Shown in pieces: positions 29,472-37,190 of a stretch of DNA of 41,736 bases. The notes under the pieces are model-generated. The model was not told the DNA's origin. It worked only from the letters and a program-made list of their open reading frames with translations, and did not search any database. Source of the stretch: a virus. Made by a program: the position numbers and the translations under genes. How positions within the stretch are numbered: the first letter of the stretch is position 1; each line of letters opens with the position of its first letter. The DNA is taken from the IMG/VR virus record IMGVR_UViG_3300045988_047176. One strand, given 5' to 3'.

Positions 29472-29936
29472 ATGACGCTCAAAGAGGCGAACGCCTTTGT
29501 GGAGCAGCACCACCGGCATCATAAGCCAGTGGTGGGACACAAGTTCTCCATCGGCTGCACGGACGGAAAGGAAATCGTGGGCGTTGCCATTGTGGACAGA
29601 CCGGTGAGCCGACATCTGGACGACGGATGGACGCTGGAGGTCAACCGGCTATGCACAGACGGCACCCACAACGCCTGCTCTATGCTATACGCTGCCGCTT
29701 GGAGGGCGGCACGGGCGATGGGCTACAAACGACTTGTGACCTACATACTGGACAGCGAAAGTGGCACAAGCCTGAAAGCCAGCGGGTGGAAATGCGTGGG
29801 GCAGGCTGGCGGCTTGCGTTGGACGGGTAAGCGCAGACCGGAGGTTGACCTATACCCGGCACAAATGAAAATCCGGTGGGAGAAGGAGGAACACGATGGA
29901 TCGGTTGACTACGTACAGCAAGGAAACCACGCATGA
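29472..29936 (+). CDS. GNAT-fold protein of the XF1762/Mom-like type (possible DNA-modification enzyme)
   Basis: 154 aa. EANAFVEQHHRHHKPVVGHKFSIGC..GKEIVGVAIVDRPVSRHLDDGWTLEVNRLCTDGT.NACSMLYAAAWRAARAMGYKRLVTYILDSESGTSLKASGW has the same layout as I remember for phage Mu Mom-type acyltransferase-fold proteins. Confidence 0.5.
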   Translation: MTLKEANAFVEQHHRHHKPVVGHKFSIGCTDGKEIVGVAIVDRPVSRHLDDGWTLEVNRLCTDGTHNACSMLYAAAWRAARAMGYKRLVTYILDSESGTSLKASGWKCVGQAGGLRWTGKRRPEVDLYPAQMKIRWEKEEHDGSVDYVQQGNHA

Positions 29937-30234
29937 AAACGGCGTATGTTGCACACATTTTCTCGGCCCCGAATGCCTCGAAGTTGGCGGAAACTGCGCC
30001 ATGAATTGCAAGTGGGAAGAAGCAGCGTGGAGCCGCCTCGCCGCCTATGAGGACACAGGGCTGACGCCGGGAGACATCAAGGAATTGCTTGACGTGGCTG
30101 TGTCGAAAACAAACAAGGTTTTGCGGCTTAAAGAAGAATTGCACACCATAAAGAACGAGCTATGCCAATACTGCGGGAAGTACAAATACGCACACGAGGG
30201 CGCCTGTTACGGGTGCAGATGGAGGGAAATGTGA
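29896..30234 (+). CDS. Cys-rich hypothetical protein with an RLAAYEDTGLTP motif
   Basis: 112 aa. It overlaps the upstream gene by 41 nt and shares a motif with ORF 30434..30949. Confidence 0.45.
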   Translation: MDRLTTYSKETTHENGVCCTHFLGPECLEVGGNCAMNCKWEEAAWSRLAAYEDTGLTPGDIKELLDVAVSKTNKVLRLKEELHTIKNELCQYCGKYKYAHEGACYGCRWREM

Positions 30235-30425
30235 TGGACTGTTTTAATCATCTCTGTCCATTTCGGCAGAATACAACAAGTAACTGTAACCATTGCGAGT
30301 GCTTGGCGTGTCAGAACAGGTGTAAAGGGCCTGTTACATACACTGTAAGCAATCATACGCTGACCGCAGACGAAATTGCAAGGATGACCAATAATCCCGA
30401 TTATGGCGTTGGGGCTGGATGTTAG
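30234..30425 (+). CDS. Small Cys-rich protein (63 aa)
   Basis: ATG lies 7 nt after GGAGGG and overlaps the upstream stop. It contains CPF...CNHCECLACQNRC. Confidence 0.45.
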   Translation: MDCFNHLCPFRQNTTSNCNHCECLACQNRCKGPVTYTVSNHTLTADEIARMTNNPDYGVGAGC

Positions 30426-30433
30426 GAGGTGGA

Positions 30434-30949
30434 ATGATGGAAAATTTGTTGCAAAACTTCGCCAGCGGGCTGTGGATCGTGTTGGGCGTGTACTGTTTCT
30501 TCGGAGGCATGGGATGCCGCACTGAGGACTGTGGATTTGAGGTCGAAATCTGCGAACGCCTTGCCGCTTACGAGGACACGGGGCTGACACCGGAGGAAGT
30601 GTCTGAGTTGATTAAAGACTGGAGCGACCTTTGCATGACCATCAGAGAGTGCGGCGGCATCGACCGCCTGCGGGAGCTGGCGGAGGCCGACAAGGGCGAG
30701 CGCGTGATGGTGCTGCCGTGCAAGGTGGGCGACAGGCTTTACGAAGTAACGGGTCGAAAAACGATCAGTGTGTATAAAGTTAAAGCCATCCGCGTGGAAT
30801 TGTTCGGCTTGTTTATCGAGTGGGACATTGTAGAAGGGTTTGTTTGGCAATCGCTGTCAGGTATAAACGCCGGAGAAATCGGTAAAACCGTATTCCTCAC
30901 CCGCGAGGAGGCGGAGAAAGCGCTGGAGGCGATGAAGAATGGCAATTAG
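30434..30949 (+). CDS. Hypothetical protein with an RLAAYEDTGLTP motif
   Basis: RBS AGGAGGTGG. 171 aa with a hydrophobic N-terminus, the shared motif, and a C-terminal beta-rich domain. Confidence 0.5.
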   Translation: MMENLLQNFASGLWIVLGVYCFFGGMGCRTEDCGFEVEICERLAAYEDTGLTPEEVSELIKDWSDLCMTIRECGGIDRLRELAEADKGERVMVLPCKVGDRLYEVTGRKTISVYKVKAIRVELFGLFIEWDIVEGFVWQSLSGINAGEIGKTVFLTREEAEKALEAMKNGN

Positions 30950-31307
30950 CAAATCAAAGCGCGAAGCGGTCTATCGAAAGTATGACGGCCATTGCGCGTA
31001 TTGTGGGCGCGAAATCGCTTACAAGGATATGCAGGTAGACCATTTTCTCCCATTGAGGGCATGGGGGATTGAGGACGCTGGAACAGATGACCTTGACAAC
31101 CTCATGCCAGCCTGCCGGATGTGTAATCATTACAAGAGAGCAAATTCGATCGAGACATTCCGCCGCTATATCGCAGAAATTCCGCAAAAGCTGCGCGAGA
31201 ATTATATCTACAAGGTCGGCGTGGTTTATGGCAATGTCATCGAGGCAGAAAAACCGATTGCGTTTTACTTTGAGACGCAGGAAAGAAGAGGTGCTGACAA
31301 TGGCTGA
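30939..31307 (+). CDS. HNH endonuclease
   Basis: 122 aa with CAYCGREI...VDHFLPL...DNLMPACRMCNHYK, the classic HNH pattern. It lies upstream of the packaging genes. Confidence 0.85.
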   Translation: MAISKSKREAVYRKYDGHCAYCGREIAYKDMQVDHFLPLRAWGIEDAGTDDLDNLMPACRMCNHYKRANSIETFRRYIAEIPQKLRENYIYKVGVVYGNVIEAEKPIAFYFETQERRGADNG

Positions 31308-31371
31308 ATACATTGTGGCGGAGTGCGGCGGCGTGCGGGAGACATTCTTCCCGGAGGAGGTGGTAGGGTGA
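31300..31371 (+). CDS. Possible 23-aa micro-ORF
   Basis: It has an AGAGGTG RBS, the start overlaps the HNH 3' end, and the stop overlaps the next GTG start. There is no other support. Confidence 0.25.
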   Translation: MAEYIVAECGGVRETFFPEEVVG

Positions 31372-31592
31372 AAGAGCAGACGGTTGAATACTTGAGGCTG
31401 TACTTTGAGTGCGGCTGGCGCATGAGCGCGATTGCGCGGCATTTTGGTGTAAGCACATCCACTGTATCTCGCTGTATATCCAGAGCAGAACGGCGCGAGT
31501 GCCCCTTTGCTAAAAACTGCCGGTACTGCCCGCTGAAAGAATGTGCGATAAAAGAAGAGTATGCGCCGTATGTAAACGCAGAAATTAAGTGA
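31368..31592 (+). CDS. Small HTH protein with a Cys cluster (regulator or packaging accessory)
   Basis: GTG follows GGAGGAGGTGG. ...CGWRMSAIARHFGVSTSTVSRCISRAE is the HTH, followed by CPFAKNCRYCPLKEC. Confidence 0.5.
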   Translation: MKEQTVEYLRLYFECGWRMSAIARHFGVSTSTVSRCISRAERRECPFAKNCRYCPLKECAIKEEYAPYVNAEIK

Positions 31593-31660
31593 TGTTGCAC
31601 AACGAAATGCAACAATAAGAAAAAATGTGATAACGTGGGGATGCAGGGACAAACTCTGCA

Positions 31661-31698
31661 TCTCCCATTTTTTTTCTTTTCCCCCTTCTTTTCCCTCC
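31661..31698 (+). repeat. 38-nt polypyrimidine tract with a single A
   Basis: TCTCCCATTTTTTTTCTTTTCCCCCTTCTTTTCCCTCC, read directly. Confidence 0.9.
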
Positions 31699-31727
31699 GG
31701 GCGGGGCTTCGGCTCCGCCCGGAGGGA
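31692..31727 (+). other. Very stable GC hairpin with a TTCG tetraloop
   Basis: TCCCTCCGGGCGG pairs perfectly with CCGCCCGGAGGGA (13 bp). The stem continues through a G-T wobble and two GC pairs, closing on TTCG. No T-tract follows, so it is not a standard terminator. Confidence 0.85.
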
Positions 31728-32044
31728 GCAATATGCCGCAGGCCGATGCCGCCCCACATTTCGGGGAGCGGGAGGTCGCACCTCCCATGCGGCAACAGAT
31801 GGCAAGCCCCATGCGGGCAGACGGACGTCAAGTATCTGATGCGCTGGCAGACCGCTGCAAGGGATGCGTCCCAAATAGTCTGCTTACTGCAAAGGATTTC
31901 GCCGTGGTGGATGCTATGTATGCTTGCGGGGCACATAGCTCACGGCGGGAACATATTAGGTGAGGCGAAAGCCGGGCACAGACGTGCCAATGACAAAGGC
32001 CAGCGGTGGGAGGCCGGTGCGTCAGGCAAAGCGAGGTGGTGACA

Positions 32045-32437
32045 GTGGCTGCAAGGTTGACAGACCGGCAGAAAAAGAAAATACTGGCGGACTATGTGCA
32101 GACCAGCAACTATTGCGCCACAGCCAAACTTAATGGGGTTTCCGCAAACACTGTCAAAAAAATAGTGCAGACAAATGCGGATATTGCGGAAAAACTCATT
32201 AGAAAAAAAGAGGAGAACACCGCCGACGTTTTGACGTACATGGAGAGCCAGCGTGACATGGTGTGCCAGATTATAGGTAAGGGGCTGGCAGTGCTGAATG
32301 ATCCGGCGAAGCTGGCAGAGGCAACGCCCAGCCAAATCACGACTGCTATTGGGACATTGATAGACAAGTGGACGCTGCTACAAGAAAAGACCGCTAATGA
32401 TGACAGCGAGAGGGTTCGGGTGATAATTGATGTCTGA
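32045..32437 (+). CDS. terS: Terminase small subunit
   Basis: GTG lies 8 nt after GAGG; the start is uncertain (32036-32045). About 130 aa with an HTH-like segment (NYCATAKLNGVSANTVKKIV). It overlaps the terL start. Confidence 0.65.
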   Translation: MAARLTDRQKKKILADYVQTSNYCATAKLNGVSANTVKKIVQTNADIAEKLIRKKEENTADVLTYMESQRDMVCQIIGKGLAVLNDPAKLAEATPSQITTAIGTLIDKWTLLQEKTANDDSERVRVIIDV

Positions 32438-33668
32438 CATCCGCCTGTCTGAAAAAATCGGCTCTGCGTTCTACGACGTGGCGCATGACGTGTTTCAGCA
32501 TGGTCATACGCACTACGATTTCAGCGGTGGGCGCGGCTCACTGAAGTCCTCCACGGTGTCTGTACTCGTCCCCCTGCTGCTGATAAACAATCCGGGCACG
32601 CACGCTCTGGTGCTGCGTAAAGTGGCAAACACCATCCGTGACAGCGTGTACGCGCAGTATATCTGGGCAATCGGTGAACTGGGCATGGCGGCGTATTGGG
32701 AAGCAAAGGTTTCCCCGATGGAGCTGATCTACAAGCCTACCGGGCAGAAGATTATGTTTCGCGGCGCCGATGACCCTATGAAAATCAAGTCTATCAAGGT
32801 GCCGTTCGGTTATATTGCTGTGACGCACTTTGAAGAGAAAGACCAGTTTGCCGGTCGTGCCGAGATACGAAACATCTTGCAGTCCACCATGCGCGGCGGC
32901 TCGGTGTTCTGGAACTTTGAAAGCTATAACCCGCCGATCAGCCGCGACAACTGGGCGAACAAAGATAGCCTAGAGGAACGCGCTGACCGGCTGTGCCATA
33001 AATCAACATATTTGCAAGCGCCCCCTGAGTGGCTGGGCCAGCAGTTCCTTGACGAGGCGGAACATCTCAAAGAGACGGACGAACGTGCATATCAGCATGA
33101 GTACTTGGGGATTCCGGTCGGGACAGGCGGCAATGTGTTTGACAACCTGGAACTGCGGGAAATCACGGACGAAGAGATTTCGTATTTTGACCGCATTTAC
33201 CAGGGCGTAGACTGGGGCTGGTTCCCTGATCCGTTTGCGTTTATCCGGCTGCATTATGACCGAGCGCGAGAAACGATTTTTCTCATTGATGAGATTTACC
33301 AAAACAAATTGACAAACGAAGCAAGCGGTGGACTCATCAAAAAGCGCAACTATATCGATGCGTACATCACCTGCGATAGCGCAGAACCGAAAAGCACTGC
33401 GGACTATCGTGCATTGGGCCTTTCGGCAAAAGAAGCGGTCAAAGGCCCTGGCTCTGTTGACTACGGTATGAAGTGGCTGCAACGCCGGAAGATCGTCATC
33501 GACCGTCGCCGGACGCCGAATGCATACAACGAATTTGTAAATTACGAATACGAGCGGAATAAAGACGGCGATATCATCAGCGGTTATCCTGATGAAAATA
33601 ATCATTTGATTGATGCCACAAGATACGCTTTAGAGCGGATTTCTCGCCGGATGGGAGTTATCGCATGA
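32430..33668 (+). CDS. terL: Terminase large subunit (PBSX-family type)
   Basis: About 412 aa. It has a Walker A-like segment (FSGGRGSLKSSTVS), a Walker B/coupling region (...HFEEKDQF) and nuclease-domain motifs (GVDWGW..DPFA; ITCDSAEPKS; NHLIDATRYAL). Confidence 0.9.
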   Translation: MSDIRLSEKIGSAFYDVAHDVFQHGHTHYDFSGGRGSLKSSTVSVLVPLLLINNPGTHALVLRKVANTIRDSVYAQYIWAIGELGMAAYWEAKVSPMELIYKPTGQKIMFRGADDPMKIKSIKVPFGYIAVTHFEEKDQFAGRAEIRNILQSTMRGGSVFWNFESYNPPISRDNWANKDSLEERADRLCHKSTYLQAPPEWLGQQFLDEAEHLKETDERAYQHEYLGIPVGTGGNVFDNLELREITDEEISYFDRIYQGVDWGWFPDPFAFIRLHYDRARETIFLIDEIYQNKLTNEASGGLIKKRNYIDAYITCDSAEPKSTADYRALGLSAKEAVKGPGSVDYGMKWLQRRKIVIDRRRTPNAYNEFVNYEYERNKDGDIISGYPDENNHLIDATRYALERISRRMGVIA

Positions 33669-35095
33669 GTAATGCAGTTATCTTAAAACTTAACGAGTTG
33701 GGCTATACCACTATCCCGGACAGCTTCTACAGCAAAGTGTACGAGTGGAAAAGCTGGTATCAGGGCGATGTAAAAGGCTTCCACAACTACACTGTGCAGA
33801 ACGGTGAGCGACATGTGAAGTGTAGGCGCTACTCCCTTGGCATGGGAAAAAAGCTGTCCGAGGATTGGGCTAATCTCTTGATGAACGAGAAAGTCCAAAT
33901 CACACTTGAGGGTCAGAAAGAGCAGGACTTTATTGACCTGGTGCTGACGGAAAACAACTTCACCGTCAAGGCAAACGAGATGCAGGAGATGAAGTCCGCG
34001 CTGGGCACTGTGGCCTATGTCCCACGTGTCACTGGGCAAGAGATCAGCGAAAGCGGGGATATTGTACCAGGCAACGCATCCGGTATCGTGCTGGACTATG
34101 TGACCATCGAGAACATTTACCCGCTGTCCTGGCAAAATGGATATATCAGCGAGTGCGCGTTTTCTTCCGAAGTCACGCGTGGCGGTAAAGATTATCTGTA
34201 CTTGCAGATACACCGGCGTGAGGACAACGGCAACTATGTCATTGAAAACCGCATCTATTGGTATGACAATGAGCAGCTGGCGGACGAGCAGCTTGTTAAT
34301 GTCAAGGGATTTGAAAATATCCCGCCTGTGGTGCACACAGGTAGCGACAAGCGGCAGTTTGTCATTGACCGGCCCAACATCGCCAACAACGTCAACTATC
34401 TGCTGCCGACCGGTATCGCAATCTACGCCAATGCTATTGACGTATTGCAGGGCGTGGATATTGCCTACGACAGCTACGTCAACGAGTTCAAACTGGGCAA
34501 GAAGCGCATCATGGTTAAGCCGTCTGCGGCGCAGTATCTTGACGGCACCCCTGCTTTTGACCCTGACGATGTGGTGTTTTACGTCATGCCGGAGGATACA
34601 GAAGACGGCGCAGTTGTAACGCCAATTGACATGACGCTGCGGACGGCGGAGCACAACACCGGCATTCAGGATCAGCTCAATATCCTTTCCAGTAAGTGCG
34701 GCTTCGGCGAGACCTATTACCGTTTTGACGGCGGCAGCGTTGCGACGGCGACACAGGTAATCAGCGAAAACTCTACCATGTTCCGCACCATTAAAAAGAT
34801 GGAGATCGTTCTGGAGCAGGCGCTTGTGGAGCTGTGCCGCATCCTGCTTAGGCTGGGCAACACCGCCATGAACGCTGGGTTGAATGAGGATGTGGAGATC
34901 TCCATTGACTTTGATGACAGCATCATTGAGGACAAGCAAACCGACTTTTCCCGTGATATGCAGCTTCTCAGTGCGGGCATTATGAACGATTGGGAGTTCC
35001 GCATGAAGTGGATGAACGAGGACGAGGCGACCGCAAAGGCGGCGCTGCCGAAGATGCAGGACATGACGGATGAGCCAAACACGGAAACAGAGTAA
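33665..35095 (+). CDS. Portal protein (SPP1 Gp6-like)
   Basis: 476 aa. The ATG overlaps the terL stop. The call rests on size and position and on the acidic C-terminus. Confidence 0.85.
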   Translation: MSNAVILKLNELGYTTIPDSFYSKVYEWKSWYQGDVKGFHNYTVQNGERHVKCRRYSLGMGKKLSEDWANLLMNEKVQITLEGQKEQDFIDLVLTENNFTVKANEMQEMKSALGTVAYVPRVTGQEISESGDIVPGNASGIVLDYVTIENIYPLSWQNGYISECAFSSEVTRGGKDYLYLQIHRREDNGNYVIENRIYWYDNEQLADEQLVNVKGFENIPPVVHTGSDKRQFVIDRPNIANNVNYLLPTGIAIYANAIDVLQGVDIAYDSYVNEFKLGKKRIMVKPSAAQYLDGTPAFDPDDVVFYVMPEDTEDGAVVTPIDMTLRTAEHNTGIQDQLNILSSKCGFGETYYRFDGGSVATATQVISENSTMFRTIKKMEIVLEQALVELCRILLRLGNTAMNAGLNEDVEISIDFDDSIIEDKQTDFSRDMQLLSAGIMNDWEFRMKWMNEDEATAKAALPKMQDMTDEPNTETE

Positions 35096-35098
35096 AAG

Positions 35099-35437
35099 GT
35101 GGATTACATAAGAATGGTAAAATCTTTTTTGTCGAGCACGGACTGTTGCACAAGATATGTCACAATCACCAAAATGCTTTTAATTGTGCCGGAATGTGAC
35201 TATTTTACATTTAATACGACATGTGAATTTCGCGAGGATTATTCTCTTTGCATGCACATGCGCAAAACATCGAATTTGTCTGTATTTTGCGACAATCCAC
35301 CTATTTGGCCGAATGGCTTTTTTGTTGGATTTCTGAACGGACACATGCTCGATTTTTATGCGGTCGGCAAAGGGAGAATTATTGCAAAATCTAATGTAAA
35401 TATAGAAGATATTTTTGACATTGGGGAGGTAGAGTAA
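35099..35437 (+). CDS. Low-GC hypothetical protein inserted between the portal and head-morphogenesis genes
   Basis: 112 aa; GTG at 35099, or ATG at 35114. Hand-counted GC over the first 200 nt is about 36-38%. The protein is rich in Cys and aromatic residues, and I see no motif. Confidence 0.45.
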   Translation: MDYIRMVKSFLSSTDCCTRYVTITKMLLIVPECDYFTFNTTCEFREDYSLCMHMRKTSNLSVFCDNPPIWPNGFFVGFLNGHMLDFYAVGKGRIIAKSNVNIEDIFDIGEVE

Positions 35438-35526
35438 TGGGCTATGGAGAAAACCCCGGTACTTTTTGGGTAAACATTGGCACAGATGAAAACCCTAATT
35501 GGGTAGTTTTGGGCTATGTAAGATGA
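35437..35526 (+). CDS. Possible 29-aa peptide (MGYGENPGTFWVNIGTDENPNWVVLGYVR)
   Basis: A GGGGAGG RBS lies 7 nt upstream. The start overlaps the upstream stop (TAATG) and the stop overlaps the next start (ATGA). Confidence 0.4.
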   Translation: MGYGENPGTFWVNIGTDENPNWVVLGYVR

Positions 35527-36704
35527 GCAAGTATCCATTCTCCCCTGAACTGCTGGATGCCATGCCGGAAGAACTGGCAGAGCTGTACCGTGGGCTTGAG
35601 GACGCACTTCTGATGGAGATATGTTCCCGGCTTAAAGCTGCGGATGAACTGAACGAGGTTACGGTGCAGGACATCAAGGTGCTGCGGGCGCATGGCATCG
35701 ATCTGAAAGAGATTGAGAAAGCCATACGCCAGACTACCGGCATCAGCGAGAAAAAGCTGAACGAGCTGATAGACGATGTGGTGGAGCGCAACCAAAAGTA
35801 TTACACCGAGGTCATAGACCTTGCCCGTGTAACACAGCCTGACGTGCTGGTGGATGCAACCACCATTGACGCCATCAAACGGCGAACGCGGGACGTGTTC
35901 CGAAACATCACCGCTTCGATGGGTTTTTTGGTAGACGCAGGGCGGACGATGCTGCCCCCCGCAAAGGCTTACCAGTGGGCTTTAGATGCCGCTACGTTGA
36001 AAGTAGAAAGCGGGGCTATTTCTTATGGGAAAGCCATCAAAGACGCCGTTAGGGAGCTTGCAAGCGGAGGCCTGCGCGTGATTGATTATGAGAGCGGACA
36101 CCGTGACCATGTAGACGTAGCTGCACGCCGCGCCGTAATGACTGGTGTATCGCAGTTGTGCAGTAAGTACACGGAGCAAGCGGCGGAATACTTGAAAACG
36201 CCGTATTACGAAGTGTCTGCCCACGCCGGGGCGCGTGATGTGCTGGGGCCGTCCCCGTGGTCATCGCACAAGGAATGGCAGGGCAAAGTGTATTCCACCC
36301 GCAGCGGCGACATCTACCCGAACATCTACGAGGTTTGCGGCCTGGGTGCTGTGGATGGTCTGGAAGGAGCCAACTGCCGCCACCGCCGCAACGTTTGGGT
36401 TGAGGGCGTAAGCGAACGCACCTACACAGACGAACAGCTTGCCCACATTGACGATGGTTTGGGCTGTACGTTTGAGGGCAAGAACTACACGGCATACGAG
36501 GCCACGCAGGAGCAGCGCAAGGTGGAGCGCACCATACGCAAGCTAAAGCGCGAAAAGGCGGCGTACAGTGCCGCAGGGCTGACAGACGAAGAACAGGCAG
36601 TGAATATCAAACTGCGCCGCCTGAATGCAAAGTACAAGGCGTTCAGTAAGGCGGCGGGGCTGCCGGAGCAGCGGGAAAGGATGAAGGTGCTGTATGAGAA
36701 TTAA
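35523..36704 (+). CDS. Head morphogenesis or minor capsid protein (SPP1 gp7 / Mu F-like)
   Basis: 393 aa and located after the portal. ...GLGAVDGLEGANCRHRRNVWVEG sits in the position of the MuF ...HPNCRC motif. The C-terminus is a coiled coil. Confidence 0.7.
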   Translation: MSKYPFSPELLDAMPEELAELYRGLEDALLMEICSRLKAADELNEVTVQDIKVLRAHGIDLKEIEKAIRQTTGISEKKLNELIDDVVERNQKYYTEVIDLARVTQPDVLVDATTIDAIKRRTRDVFRNITASMGFLVDAGRTMLPPAKAYQWALDAATLKVESGAISYGKAIKDAVRELASGGLRVIDYESGHRDHVDVAARRAVMTGVSQLCSKYTEQAAEYLKTPYYEVSAHAGARDVLGPSPWSSHKEWQGKVYSTRSGDIYPNIYEVCGLGAVDGLEGANCRHRRNVWVEGVSERTYTDEQLAHIDDGLGCTFEGKNYTAYEATQEQRKVERTIRKLKREKAAYSAAGLTDEEQAVNIKLRRLNAKYKAFSKAAGLPEQRERMKVLYEN

Positions 36705-36885
36705 AGCAAGAAGTTACGAAGGAATTGTGCTTGAACTTGACGGAGATGTGCGGGCGCTGCGTGATTACACCCGCGAGATTGTGCGCGTGATCAAGTATCA
36801 GGTTGTAATTCTGTGTGATGATGGCGCAAAAGTTGAGCTTACAGATGTAGCCCCAAAAGAAATTGAGGTAGTCAATGAACCGTGA
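36694..36885 (+). CDS. Hypothetical small protein (63 aa)
   Basis: The ORF overlaps the upstream gene's 3' end. There is no motif. Confidence 0.4.
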   Translation: MRIKARSYEGIVLELDGDVRALRDYTREIVRVIKYQVVILCDDGAKVELTDVAPKEIEVVNEP

Positions 36886-37009
36886 TGAAATGGTACAGGC
36901 TATCGAAGCCATTTTGAAGCGGGGCAACAACGCAGAAGTGCGGCGAAAGGGTGACGGCGTTATCGTGCTGGAAGTCCAAAAGAAAATCAAATATCAATCC
37001 CCGGTGTAA
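36875..37009 (+). CDS. Hypothetical small protein (44 aa)
   Basis: A GAGGT RBS lies 5 nt upstream. The ORF overlaps the previous ORF, and hairpins follow it. It is not in the track, which appears to omit ORFs under 60 aa. Confidence 0.35.
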   Translation: MNRDEMVQAIEAILKRGNNAEVRRKGDGVIVLEVQKKIKYQSPV

Positions 37010-37033
37010 TCGGGCACCGGGAAGGGCAATAGG

Positions 37034-37075
37034 AGCCAACTGCTGACAGTTTATCAGTGGTTGGCTTTTGTTTTT
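37034..37075 (+). terminator. Rho-independent terminator
   Basis: AGCCAAC...GTTGGCT forms the stem, with an internal loop, and is followed by TTTTGTTTTT. Confidence 0.65.
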
Positions 37076-37190
37076 CAGTAAAAACCGCTGATGCGGATTT
37101 TATACAAAAATTGGCTATCTGCAAGCCTAAAAGTGCAGGCGGGGCGGTCACGGCAACGACCTAAAAAGCCTATCCCGTAAGGAGTTGAAC

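Noticed and set aside
31635-32042. A 135-aa + strand ORF (and the minus-strand ORFs 31265-31936 and 30954-31874) in the pre-terS region.
   Set aside because: The Arg/Pro/Gly/Cys-rich composition looks non-coding. The ORF begins inside the polypyrimidine tract and hairpin and has no RBS. The region is better read as structured non-coding DNA.
33683-34939. A 418-aa minus-strand ORF antisense to the portal gene.
   Set aside because: It is an antisense shadow of a confident portal CDS and has no independent signals.
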